DNA of 64,000 nucleotides from a virus: IMG/VR virus record IMGVR_UViG_3300009551_000003, positions 32,001 to 96,000 of that record; one strand, 5' to 3'. Shown piece by piece: positions 8,291 to 15,779 of this stretch (position 1 is its first letter; each line of letters starts with the position of its first letter). The notes under the pieces were generated by a model. It saw only the letters and a program-made list of their open reading frames with translations, ran no database searches and was not told where the DNA came from. The position numbers and the translations under genes were made by a program.

Positions 8291-8596
8291 TTAAATTTGT
8301 GCGATCTTGTCGGCCCAGTCTTTGCCCATATGCTCGGTGACGAAGTCAAGACTGCCCTTGGTGCCAGCCTGCACCTGATCGCGCGACGGAATATGATTGC
8401 CGTAATAGTCGCGGAAGTCATTGCGACCAAGTAGGCAGCGACCATCCTCGATCGCCTGCATCATGCTACGACCATAAGAGCCTTGCAGGCTCCACAGGCC
8501 ATCATTGATGGCGCGCTGTAACGAGGCCGATACTTCGAATGGCGAAGCCTCGTCGTCCATCTCGATAATTTGGACGTCTTGATTGGTGAACGCCAT
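8291..8596 (-). CDS. hypothetical protein
   Basis: 101 aa, WSLQGSYGR..DYYGNHIPSRDQV. Confidence 0.7.
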   Translation of the reverse strand: MAFTNQDVQIIEMDDEASPFEVSASLQRAINDGLWSLQGSYGRSMMQAIEDGRCLLGRNDFRDYYGNHIPSRDQVQAGTKGSLDFVTEHMGKDWADKIAQI

Positions 8597-8599
8597 GAC

Positions 8600-8788
8600 T
8601 TAGCTCTCCAGTGATTGCTTAACGGCCGCAATAGTCGTGAAGACTTCTCCGCCGACCTTTGACCCTTTCGGGAAGTATCGGAAGCCGCCTTCGACAGCCC
8701 GGATGGTGCCGACACGAAGGCCTCCGCTATAGACCCGGATCGATAATATCCGGCAATCGGTCGTCTGATGGTAAGTGATTTCGGACAT
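8600..8788 (-). CDS. hypothetical protein
   Basis: First gene of leftward operon, AGAGG RBS. Confidence 0.65.
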   Translation of the reverse strand: MSEITYHQTTDCRILSIRVYSGGLRVGTIRAVEGGFRYFPKGSKVGGEVFTTIAAVKQSLES

Positions 8789-8931
8789 CGTCTATCCTCT
8801 AAAAGTGCAGGGCGGCCTTCTCGACTGATACCAAGATACCGCCCTGCACCGTGCCGTTTGCCTGATTGCTAGCGGCATCCCGGAAGATAAGCGAGAGGCA
8901 GTGCGGAGTGCAAGCGTCATCCCGTAGGACG

Positions 8932-8947
8932 GTTAAGGCCGAGTTAA
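8932..8947 (-). promoter_or_regulatory. CtrA-binding box
   Basis: Minus strand TTAA-ctcggcc-TTAAC = TTAA-N7-TTAAC consensus in a divergent intergenic region. Confidence 0.65.
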
Positions 8948-8994
8948 TGTCAGGCGCCGGACACTTAACGTTAACCTACGTGACAATCTGACGC

Positions 8995-9023
8995 TTGACA
9001 GATCGGCGGAGGGCCGCTATTTC
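8995..9023 (+). promoter_or_regulatory. sigma70-type promoter
   Basis: TTGACA-N17-TATTTC, GCTA context as at 5302. Confidence 0.55.
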
Positions 9024-9078
9024 CGGGGGCAAGTGGAAAAGGCGGCCCCATGCGGTCGCAAAAGAGGATAGGCTTGAT

Positions 9079-9270
9079 ATGAGTAAGTTCAAGGTTCAAA
9101 AGCTCGTGGCCCTGAAGGGCCGAACGGCTTCGGGACAGAGGGTGAAGAATGTCGGCGCGATCTGGGAGACGATCGCCACGAAGACAAATCGGGCGACGGC
9201 CGAGCGTATCCAGAAGCATGCGCAGATTGACAATCCGAACGCGCAGATCAGGATTGAGGAAAGCGCGTAA
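9079..9270 (+). CDS. small basic hypothetical protein
   Basis: AGAGGA RBS. Confidence 0.6.
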   Translation: MSKFKVQKLVALKGRTASGQRVKNVGAIWETIATKTNRATAERIQKHAQIDNPNAQIRIEESA

Positions 9271-9563
9271 TGATTCCGGATTGGAACGCCGAGCCGGAGT
9301 ATCCCGGCATCCCGATCGCATTGATCATGCTCCGCAAGGGGCGTGAACTCGGCGACGTTCGCATTCAACACTACGGGAGGAAGGTCAAAGTTGCGGCCTT
9401 CCTTCCCGGCATTTGTATGAGCCTTCCGGGCGACAGTCCGAAGACGAGTCCGGATCGTGACGAGTGGTTTGATGTTGACAACCGTGTCGGCGCCGAGCGG
9501 ACTTTTGACCGATTCATCCGCGACGCACGTGACGCCGGATGGGTTGAACACGTCGTTCGATAA
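9270..9563 (+). CDS. hypothetical protein, paralogue of 7649..7921
   Basis: Visible homology; TAATG coupling. Confidence 0.75.
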   Translation: MIPDWNAEPEYPGIPIALIMLRKGRELGDVRIQHYGRKVKVAAFLPGICMSLPGDSPKTSPDRDEWFDVDNRVGAERTFDRFIRDARDAGWVEHVVR

Positions 9564-9564
9564 A

Positions 9565-9811
9565 CAGGAATAGGCGGACACAGACAGACAGAAGGTACAG
9601 GGAAAGCAAGCGCGGTGTCGGTTGAGCGAGCAGAGTAGCGAGTCGAACCATAGGCCCTCGGCTAGTATGGTCCCTTCGGGGTAGCGAATGTGAGCAATAG
9701 ACCGAACTTAAATCCCGGTGTCGATCAACCTACGAAGGGCGCGTCCCCGTAGTCGGCCAACGAATTGAAAACGAATGTGCCCGTGTGTGTGTCTGTGTCC
9801 ACCTATTCCTG
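9565..9811 (+). ncRNA. candidate structured ncRNA closed by a 26-bp terminal inverted repeat
   Basis: 9565-9590 vs 9786-9811 (24/26 complementary); inner stems 9620-9629/9721-9730, CCC-TTCG-GGG, CTACG/CGTAG. Confidence 0.6.
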
Positions 9812-9821
9812 AGAGGACCCT

Positions 9822-10136
9822 ATGTCAGATGAACTTTCTGATCTGATTCGTGATCTCGCCAAGCGCGGCGAGCTTACCCATTTGTCGCTCAGCCCGCGTG
9901 AGATTGAGCTAGGCAACAACAAAAAGGTCAAAGGCTGGGGCGCCACGTTCGCGCCGGCCAGCACTTTCGGCAATACGTTCGGCGAGGATACTGATCCAGT
10001 CGTTGCGCTTTTGAACGCGCTCAACGATGCGAAGCTCCGACATCGATCGGAGTTCAAGGACGGCGCGGGTTCAAAAGTGAAGCCCTCGAAGTCGGCGCCG
10101 GCAACCGAGGCCGACCTCGACGATCTCCTCAGCTAA
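9822..10136 (+). CDS. hypothetical protein
   Basis: 104 aa, GAGAGG RBS. Confidence 0.7.
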   Translation: MSDELSDLIRDLAKRGELTHLSLSPREIELGNNKKVKGWGATFAPASTFGNTFGEDTDPVVALLNALNDAKLRHRSEFKDGAGSKVKPSKSAPATEADLDDLLS

Positions 10137-10138
10137 TT

Positions 10139-10173
10139 CGCTAGTTGTTCCGATCTCTGGGATGGGCTACGCT
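10139..10173 (+). promoter_or_regulatory. CGCTAG-class putative late promoter 1
   Basis: CGCTAG-TTGTTC-N17-TACGCT. Confidence 0.65.
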
Positions 10174-10198
10174 AGTCGCCCAATTCTGGAGAATCGGC

Positions 10199-10426
10199 AT
10201 GGCGAAGCTCACTGCAAAAACCCGCAAGAAAATCCCTACCGGCAAGTTCGCTCTGCCGGGTAAGCGATATCCGATAGAGGACAAGGCGCACGCGGCTGAC
10301 GCGAAGGGCCGGGCCACTCAACAGCTTGCCAAAGGCAAGCTATCGCCGGCTCAGGCCGCGAAGATTCGGCATCGCGCCGACGTTGTCCTTGGCGAATCGG
10401 ACAGTCACTATCACAACAAGGGCTAA
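10199..10426 (+). CDS. small basic phage protein (DUF6582-like)
   Basis: RKKIP..KFALP.KRYPIEDKAHA..A..R motif recalled from phage head-region proteins. Confidence 0.65.
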   Translation: MAKLTAKTRKKIPTGKFALPGKRYPIEDKAHAADAKGRATQQLAKGKLSPAQAAKIRHRADVVLGESDSHYHNKG

Positions 10427-10433
10427 ATTTGCC

Positions 10434-10769
10434 ATGAAAGATGCAGGGGGCCACGGCAGCAATGAGCGCGGCGGTGTAGCGACGCACGCCTCCGCGATCC
10501 ATGCGCTCCCCGGAGTAGGGGCGATGCAAGCCGCTCACAATTCTCAGGTAGAGGCCGGTCGTTCCGACGCTTCATATCGTGCTGCCATGCCGATTGAGAA
10601 CTTTACCGGAGGGGTCCAAGATTTGCTAGGGCTCTGGGACGGGACCCAAAAGCCATCTCCCCTATCCGATGGCGAGAAGAAACAGATTAACGACGCTTAT
10701 GCGCAACGTGCGAACTTCCGGGTCTTGGCTGGGCAGATACAGGATCAACGGCGCCGGGCGGCACACTGA
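10434..10769 (+). CDS. MKDxxGHGS-tagged protein 1
   Basis: Starts MKDAGGHGSNERG. Confidence 0.85.
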   Translation: MKDAGGHGSNERGGVATHASAIHALPGVGAMQAAHNSQVEAGRSDASYRAAMPIENFTGGVQDLLGLWDGTQKPSPLSDGEKKQINDAYAQRANFRVLAGQIQDQRRRAAH

Positions 10770-10898
10770 CACACTGGCACGGATAAAACCGGGCTCCAGA
10801 TCACGCTCCCCCGGGGGTATGGGGATTATTGAATTAAGAGTTTGGTAGGTATATCCTGAGAACCTACTAGCGAATGGCCCGGCACGCGTGCCAGTGTG
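10770..10898. repeat. 12-bp perfect inverted repeat around an AT-rich core
   Basis: CACACTGGCACG (10770-10781) / CGTGCCAGTGTG (10887-10898). Confidence 0.6.
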
Positions 10899-10926
10899 CC
10901 AAACGGTGTAGCCGAGGAGCATAATT

Positions 10927-11457
10927 ATGAAAGACGCAAAGGGCCACGGCAGTAACGCACGCGGCATCGTCGGGACGTTTACGCCCGACGCCAAGCATAT
11001 GTATAACCATTTGCGGAATAGCGGCGTCCCACACCGGCTTGCCGTAGACAGGACCTTCACGGCGTTTCCGGGCAAAACCCAAATGACGAACGCCGATGCC
11101 GCCGCCGCTCTGGCGAGTGGCCCGAAGTCGGCACCGGCTCCGGTCCATGACGCATGGAGCAACACCCCCGGCGGTGACCGCACGGACTGGCGCTTAAACA
11201 GTCACACGCATGAGATTGTATCGCCGTCCGGCGACGTGGCCGCGAGGATGCGGCTCGGGAAGAACAACGGCCTCGCCGTTGACGTGCCGGGCCAAGGCAA
11301 GATCAGCCACAGTGGCGGCCCGTCTATCCACGATGCGGTCGCCATGCCAGACTATCGCGCGAAAGGTGGATCGTTTCCGGCTGATCACATCTCTGGAGCG
11401 CTTCACTTTTTGACCGGCAAAGATTTCTCCGGTCACACGGTTCGGAGGGTCAAGTGA
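10927..11457 (+). CDS. MKDxxGHGS-tagged protein 2 (with LASGPKS motif)
   Basis: MKDAKGHGSNARG; AALASGPKSAPAPVHDAW. Confidence 0.9.
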   Translation: MKDAKGHGSNARGIVGTFTPDAKHMYNHLRNSGVPHRLAVDRTFTAFPGKTQMTNADAAAALASGPKSAPAPVHDAWSNTPGGDRTDWRLNSHTHEIVSPSGDVAARMRLGKNNGLAVDVPGQGKISHSGGPSIHDAVAMPDYRAKGGSFPADHISGALHFLTGKDFSGHTVRRVK

Positions 11458-11831
11458 AGGACGCAAAGGGCCACGGCTCAAATACTCGCGGCGGCAGTAA
11501 TGTCGGTCGGCGGTACACGTCCATGAGTTCGTTTACTCCATGGCCTAAAGGGACCCGGTTTGTCAAAGGCACGCTCGCCACTGCCGACGAAGTAAACCGA
11601 ATTGCCTCTGGCGTTAAGATCAACCCATCTGATACGGAAGCGGCTCGATCCCTCGCGAGTGGCCCCAAGTCGGCGCCGGCTCCTATCCATGACGCATGGA
11701 GTGAGACGCCCGGCGGCGACCGCAGTCCGAGTGACAAGGTCCACAGTACCTATACGATCAAGCCCGTAGCCGGCGGCCATGTGTTGGTCAAAGGCTCACG
11801 TGATCTGAAAATCGACGGGCGCGAGGGCTGA
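11454..11831 (+). CDS. MKDxxGHGS-tagged protein 3 (with LASGPKS motif)
   Basis: GTG start, KDAKGHGSNTRG; SLASGPKSAPAPIHDAW. Confidence 0.9.
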   Translation: MKDAKGHGSNTRGGSNVGRRYTSMSSFTPWPKGTRFVKGTLATADEVNRIASGVKINPSDTEAARSLASGPKSAPAPIHDAWSETPGGDRSPSDKVHSTYTIKPVAGGHVLVKGSRDLKIDGREG

Positions 11832-11835
11832 TCCG

Positions 11836-12144
11836 ATGAAAGACGCACGGGGCCACGGCAGCAACTCACACGGCGGCGGTCCAGTCGTGCGGAATTGGTC
11901 ATCGGTACGCGGCATCATGCCGACGAAGCCGTACCGACAGGGCGGCACATGGCGGACAGACAAGCTCGGGCTCACCTATCGTGTTGATGATGCCGCTGCG
12001 GCCGGCGCGCTCGCGAGCGGCCCGAAGTCGGAGCCGGTCCCGGTGCACTATGCGATGCACGAGGCAGCCGGCAAACAATTCGGCCAGCGGATCGCGTCTG
12101 ATGATCGGCATCCGGTTGAGCAGTATCACAGGAACCCGCTATGA
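11836..12144 (+). CDS. MKDxxGHGS-tagged protein 4 (with LASGPKS motif)
   Basis: MKDARGHGSNSHG; ALASGPKSEPVPVH. Confidence 0.9.
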   Translation: MKDARGHGSNSHGGGPVVRNWSSVRGIMPTKPYRQGGTWRTDKLGLTYRVDDAAAAGALASGPKSEPVPVHYAMHEAAGKQFGQRIASDDRHPVEQYHRNPL

Positions 12145-12674
12145 AGGATTCAAAGGGGCATGGCTCCGATACGCGCGGCGGCACGGGCACGCAAGGCATG
12201 CGGCTCGTGAAGACGCACGTCGCCGGTCCGCATTTTGCCAAGGTCTACAAGAATCCTGAGTGGGGAGAGAACGTCGTCAAGTTTTTCCACAACGGCGCTT
12301 ATCAGCCAAAGGCTGACTACTTTACCAACGACATGAGTGACGCACATGCGACTGCGCAATCGGCGCTCAATCGCTACACTGATCAGGACGCGAAGGCTGC
12401 GCTCGCGAGCGGTCCGAAGTCGGCCCCTGTCCCAGTGCATGATAGCATGATGAGCGATGCCGAACAGGGACGGCTCTCGGGTAGGCAGTTCGTAGATAGA
12501 GGCGACAGTCGAGCCCTTCCGGACGGATCATTCAAGGCTGACTGGCCCTCCTCTCCTAGGTATAAGGCAACAACGAGGTTGAACGCGTGGGGCCAGACCC
12601 CGGAGACGGCTAAGGCGGTCCGCAAGCAAATTCGGGACAACCGACGCCAGAGCAAGATGCGGAGCTATCCATGA
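12141..12674 (+). CDS. MKDxxGHGS-tagged protein 5 (with LASGPKS motif)
   Basis: MKDSKGHGSDTRG; AALASGPKSAPVPVHD. Confidence 0.9.
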   Translation: MKDSKGHGSDTRGGTGTQGMRLVKTHVAGPHFAKVYKNPEWGENVVKFFHNGAYQPKADYFTNDMSDAHATAQSALNRYTDQDAKAALASGPKSAPVPVHDSMMSDAEQGRLSGRQFVDRGDSRALPDGSFKADWPSSPRYKATTRLNAWGQTPETAKAVRKQIRDNRRQSKMRSYP

Positions 12675-13033
12675 AGGACGCAAAAGGCCACGGCAGTGAC
12701 GCACGCGGCGTACACTCACACGGCATCCAGAAAATCGGACAGCCGGAGCCTCCGACGCCTACAATTTTCAAAAAGGATCGTGACGGCGGCGGAGTATTTG
12801 CGGCGTTCCCGACATTGCCCGGGGACGACAATCCGGCGACTATGATGGCATATGCTCACGTAGGACAGCATAGTGCAGCCCACATGAATTATGTTTCTTC
12901 GGCTAAGCCTGCGAAGCCGGCAGAGTATGCGTCTCTTCTGTCCGAACTGAAATCTATCGGTTACAATCCGAAGATCATGCAGAAGATGACGCAAGCCCAT
13001 TATCAGGCTCGCAAGGCGACGCTGAAAGGATAA
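12671..13033 (+). CDS. MKDxxGHGS-tagged protein 6
   Basis: MKDAKGHGSDARG; body with YAHVGQH..PAEYxxLLxEL..IGY. Confidence 0.9.
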   Translation: MKDAKGHGSDARGVHSHGIQKIGQPEPPTPTIFKKDRDGGGVFAAFPTLPGDDNPATMMAYAHVGQHSAAHMNYVSSAKPAKPAEYASLLSELKSIGYNPKIMQKMTQAHYQARKATLKG

Positions 13034-13038
13034 CCCAA

Positions 13039-13413
13039 ATGAAAGACGCAAAAGGCCACGGCAGCGACGCCAAAGGCGCTCACTCTCTGGCGATCGACAA
13101 ACTCCCTGCGAAGATGGGGCGCCGGCATTTCGAACAGATCGCCGCGCAGCTTCGCGCGCAGGCCCCCCAAGGGTCGGCGAAGAATTTCCTCGATCCGAAC
13201 GATCCTCGCAATCCGCAATCGAACGCTGCATGGGATGCGCATAATGCACGCGTCAACGCAATGGCTGACCATCTCGCTACTACTAATCCGGGCTTCCGGC
13301 GCGACTTGTTCATCAAGGCCTCGCAGCCGGACACGAGCTACAAGAATAAATCGACGCGCTCGATCACGCAAAGAAACGCGGCGAAAGACCTGTCTCGGTT
13401 CAATGCGAAATGA
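13039..13413 (+). CDS. MKDxxGHGS-tagged protein 7
   Basis: MKDAKGHGSDAKG; body with RRHFEQIA..NPGFRRDLF. Confidence 0.9.
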   Translation: MKDAKGHGSDAKGAHSLAIDKLPAKMGRRHFEQIAAQLRAQAPQGSAKNFLDPNDPRNPQSNAAWDAHNARVNAMADHLATTNPGFRRDLFIKASQPDTSYKNKSTRSITQRNAAKDLSRFNAK

Positions 13414-13586
13414 GCTATCCCGAAACATACGATGATGTGACCGACGAAGACGCGGCAGACGCGCTTCGTCACAAGCATCACAAGTCGGCGCCAGTACCGA
13501 TTCATCCGACGTTCTATGAGAAGCGACAGGACGAAGCCGATGCGGAGGCGACTGACGCGGCGCCGGACTGGAGCGACGATACATGA
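13410..13586 (+). CDS. 58-aa acidic protein carrying only the internal KSAPVPIH motif (not in ORF track)
   Basis: MSYPETYDDVTDEDAADALRHKHHKSAPVPIHPT...; ATGA coupling on both sides. Confidence 0.75.
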   Translation: MSYPETYDDVTDEDAADALRHKHHKSAPVPIHPTFYEKRQDEADAEATDAAPDWSDDT

Positions 13587-13819
13587 AAGACCCGATGGGC
13601 CATGGCAGCGCAGCAAGATTCCAAGATCATCCTGCTCCGGGCGCTACGCAAAGTGGAAATAGCTATTCGACTTTACGTCCTAGTGGCCGTCCTGCTTATG
13701 CGGGCGGCCAGCCTGTTTCATCGAACGCCGCAGCGGCCCAAGCGTTGATGGGCAAGCTGATGGGTACGCAAGCTCCAATTCACCCGGGCATGCTTCTGCG
13801 ATCGGCCCGGGACTCCTGA
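13583..13819 (+). CDS. MKDxxGHGS-tagged protein 8
   Basis: MKDPMGHGS; degenerate second motif AAAQAL..APIHP. Confidence 0.85.
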   Translation: MKDPMGHGSAARFQDHPAPGATQSGNSYSTLRPSGRPAYAGGQPVSSNAAAAQALMGKLMGTQAPIHPGMLLRSARDS

Positions 13820-14052
13820 TGGACTACTATTCCGTGCTCAAGCGCCAACCCAGTTTCAAGCACACCGCCGGCATCTCCATGGCCGTGCAGAGCGCGCACA
13901 ACTTCACGCCGACGCCCAACTACACGCCGGCCGAGATCGCGTACCACAAGGGCGCGGACGCGCGCAGGCGCGGGCGCACTGAGGCAGATAACACCTACGC
14001 GGACGAACAGCCGGCCTTGTCGGCTGAGTGGATGCGAGGATTCAATGGATAA
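13819..14052 (+). CDS. Rmf/CrpP-like small protein
   Basis: AYxxGxxAxxxG...Y...WxRG pattern. Confidence 0.55.
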   Translation: MDYYSVLKRQPSFKHTAGISMAVQSAHNFTPTPNYTPAEIAYHKGADARRRGRTEADNTYADEQPALSAEWMRGFNG

Positions 14053-14203
14053 GTGGCTCGTCGCGGAGATTGTAGACGGGACGCAACTCGTGTACTATTC
14101 GGGCGGCGTCTGCATCTGCACGATCGAGGTTGACCTGAGCCTGTCCTCCGCTAGGATTCTCGCGGATAATTTGAACAACGCCAAGGCGAGGCCGAAGAAA
14201 TGA
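14045..14203 (+). CDS. 52-aa hypothetical protein (not in ORF track)
   Basis: GAGGA RBS, coupled to next tagged gene. Confidence 0.55.
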   Translation: MDKWLVAEIVDGTQLVYYSGGVCICTIEVDLSLSSARILADNLNNAKARPKK

Positions 14204-14688
14204 AAGACGCAAAAGGACATGGCAGCGATAGGCGTGGTAAGTACGTTGATATCAACGGCAGAGGTATCATCCCGAGCCGGCCGTTTCGCGAAGGCACTGC
14301 CCATCAGGTTTCACTTGCTGAGAAGCATGGCATCCCTACCGACCATCTCGTAAATGTGCAGCCGGTTCGCGACTTTGGAAAGCGCAATACCGTGCCCGCT
14401 GGCGGTCCGGGAAACCCGAACGTGCCGGCGCATCAGTCACGAATCGGTGCACTGGTAAGGGAATTTGCAAAGTCTGAGGCCGGCGCTGGTAGGGTCCCAG
14501 AATCTCTCAAAGATTTTGACGTTCGTGGTAAAGATGCTTCGGACGTAAGTGATCTAGTGCACACCCTATACAAGGGTCTTGCTCACCACGGCGAGCCATC
14601 GAGTATACTTGACTTCATGCGCTTTCTAGGTTTCCTTGGCGCAATCGCTATCATTGACGTACTTGCATTGGGGATGGGCCTGAAATGA
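14200..14688 (+). CDS. MKDxxGHGS-tagged protein 9, C-terminal hydrophobic helix
   Basis: MKDAKGHGSDRRG; FLGFLGAIAIIDVLALGMG. Confidence 0.88.
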   Translation: MKDAKGHGSDRRGKYVDINGRGIIPSRPFREGTAHQVSLAEKHGIPTDHLVNVQPVRDFGKRNTVPAGGPGNPNVPAHQSRIGALVREFAKSEAGAGRVPESLKDFDVRGKDASDVSDLVHTLYKGLAHHGEPSSILDFMRFLGFLGAIAIIDVLALGMGLK

Positions 14689-14882
14689 AAGATGCGAAGG
14701 GGCACGGCAGCAACGCTAAAGGCGTCGCGCAAGCGGCTGGATATAATGTCGTCAATCGAAAAGACGGCATGGGGCACGCCCTTGTTGATCCCATGCGAGC
14801 TAGCGGGAAATTTTCAGAGGCCGATATTACTCGATACCTAAAATGGATACCGAACAATAAACGTGGCATAGAACCCGTCTGA
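14685..14882 (+). CDS. MKDxxGHGS-tagged protein 10
   Basis: MKDAKGHGSNAKG. Confidence 0.88.
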   Translation: MKDAKGHGSNAKGVAQAAGYNVVNRKDGMGHALVDPMRASGKFSEADITRYLKWIPNNKRGIEPV

Positions 14883-14892
14883 AGGTGGATCG

Positions 14893-15204
14893 ATGAAGGA
14901 TGCGAAGGGCCACGGCTCCAATCCTCGCGGCACGCACGCGAGCGGCGTGGAGAACCTTGGGAGGCCGGCGACGAGTGTCAAGCAAGTCATCAAGGCGGTC
15001 GGCAGTGACAAGCTCGATTTGGTCCGTGGCAATGGCTATTGGTACTTCATCTATGACGATCCTGTGAGAGGAATTTACGACACTACGAGCATCCCGACGA
15101 TGCAGCTTCGCAATTTCACGATTGAGGAGTGGGCGGCGGACGGCCGTGAGTTCGTAGCGAAGATGGAAAAACGCTATGCGGAAAAGTTGGCTCGACGGGG
15201 GTAA
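14893..15204 (+). CDS. MKDxxGHGS-tagged protein 11
   Basis: MKDAKGHGSNPRGTHASG. Confidence 0.9.
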   Translation: MKDAKGHGSNPRGTHASGVENLGRPATSVKQVIKAVGSDKLDLVRGNGYWYFIYDDPVRGIYDTTSIPTMQLRNFTIEEWAADGREFVAKMEKRYAEKLARRG

Positions 15205-15207
15205 AGG

Positions 15208-15666
15208 ATGAAGGACGCAAAGGGCCACGGCTCCAATCCACGCGGCACGCACGCCGCCGGAATCGAGAAGGCGACGACGCCGGTTGTCGTCCGGCCCGAA
15301 GTGCTGGCGCATATCCAGAAGAACCCGGGCGGCTTTTCAGTCACGCCGAAGGGCCGCACTCCGAGCACCGGGTACATGGTTTCGGTTCCGGGGCGCACGC
15401 GAATCGTGAGCGAATCGGACCTCTCGGGTCCGGAAGGCAAGCGCATTCTACAGGCCTATGCCGAGGAGCACTCGGACGTGCTTCGCCAACCGGGCGCGCA
15501 TCTCGGCGGATGGACAGACAAGAACACTGGGAAGACCTATCTCGACGTGTCGCACAACATCAAGAGCTTGCCTAGAGCGGTGACCGCCGGCAAGGCGCGC
15601 AATCAGATCGCGATCTGGGATGTGAAGAGGCAGCGCGAGATTTCCACTGGCGGCACCGGAGAGTAA
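15208..15666 (+). CDS. MKDxxGHGS-tagged protein 12
   Basis: MKDAKGHGSNPRGTHAAG; body with GGFS..GYMVS..GGW..YLDVS..NQIAIWD. Confidence 0.9.
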   Translation: MKDAKGHGSNPRGTHAAGIEKATTPVVVRPEVLAHIQKNPGGFSVTPKGRTPSTGYMVSVPGRTRIVSESDLSGPEGKRILQAYAEEHSDVLRQPGAHLGGWTDKNTGKTYLDVSHNIKSLPRAVTAGKARNQIAIWDVKRQREISTGGTGE

Positions 15667-15713
15667 CTGTCCGGAATCTGTATACAAGTTTGGGACAGAT
15701 CAAGCTCGCTAAT

Positions 15714-15749
15714 CGCTAGTTGCCCGAGCCCCGTCCAAAGGGCTATGCT
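15714..15749 (+). promoter_or_regulatory. CGCTAG-class putative late promoter 2
   Basis: CGCTAG-TTGCCC-N18-TATGCT. Confidence 0.6.
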
Positions 15750-15779
15750 TGCGCGACAATTCCCACGAGGATTATCCCT

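Noticed and set aside
9565-9811. Retron msr-msd (a1/a2 inverted repeats)
   Set aside because: No reverse transcriptase adjacent or in the window; kept only as a generic structured-RNA candidate.
10434-15666. CRISPR-like or integron-like (attC) repeat array
   Set aside because: Repeats are in-frame coding starts with synonymous variation and irregular 200-600 bp spacing; no palindromic attC sites, cas genes or integrase in the window.
15208-15666. SAM-lyase assignment for tagged protein 12
   Set aside because: Only a loose motif resemblance; not supportable without a structure comparison.
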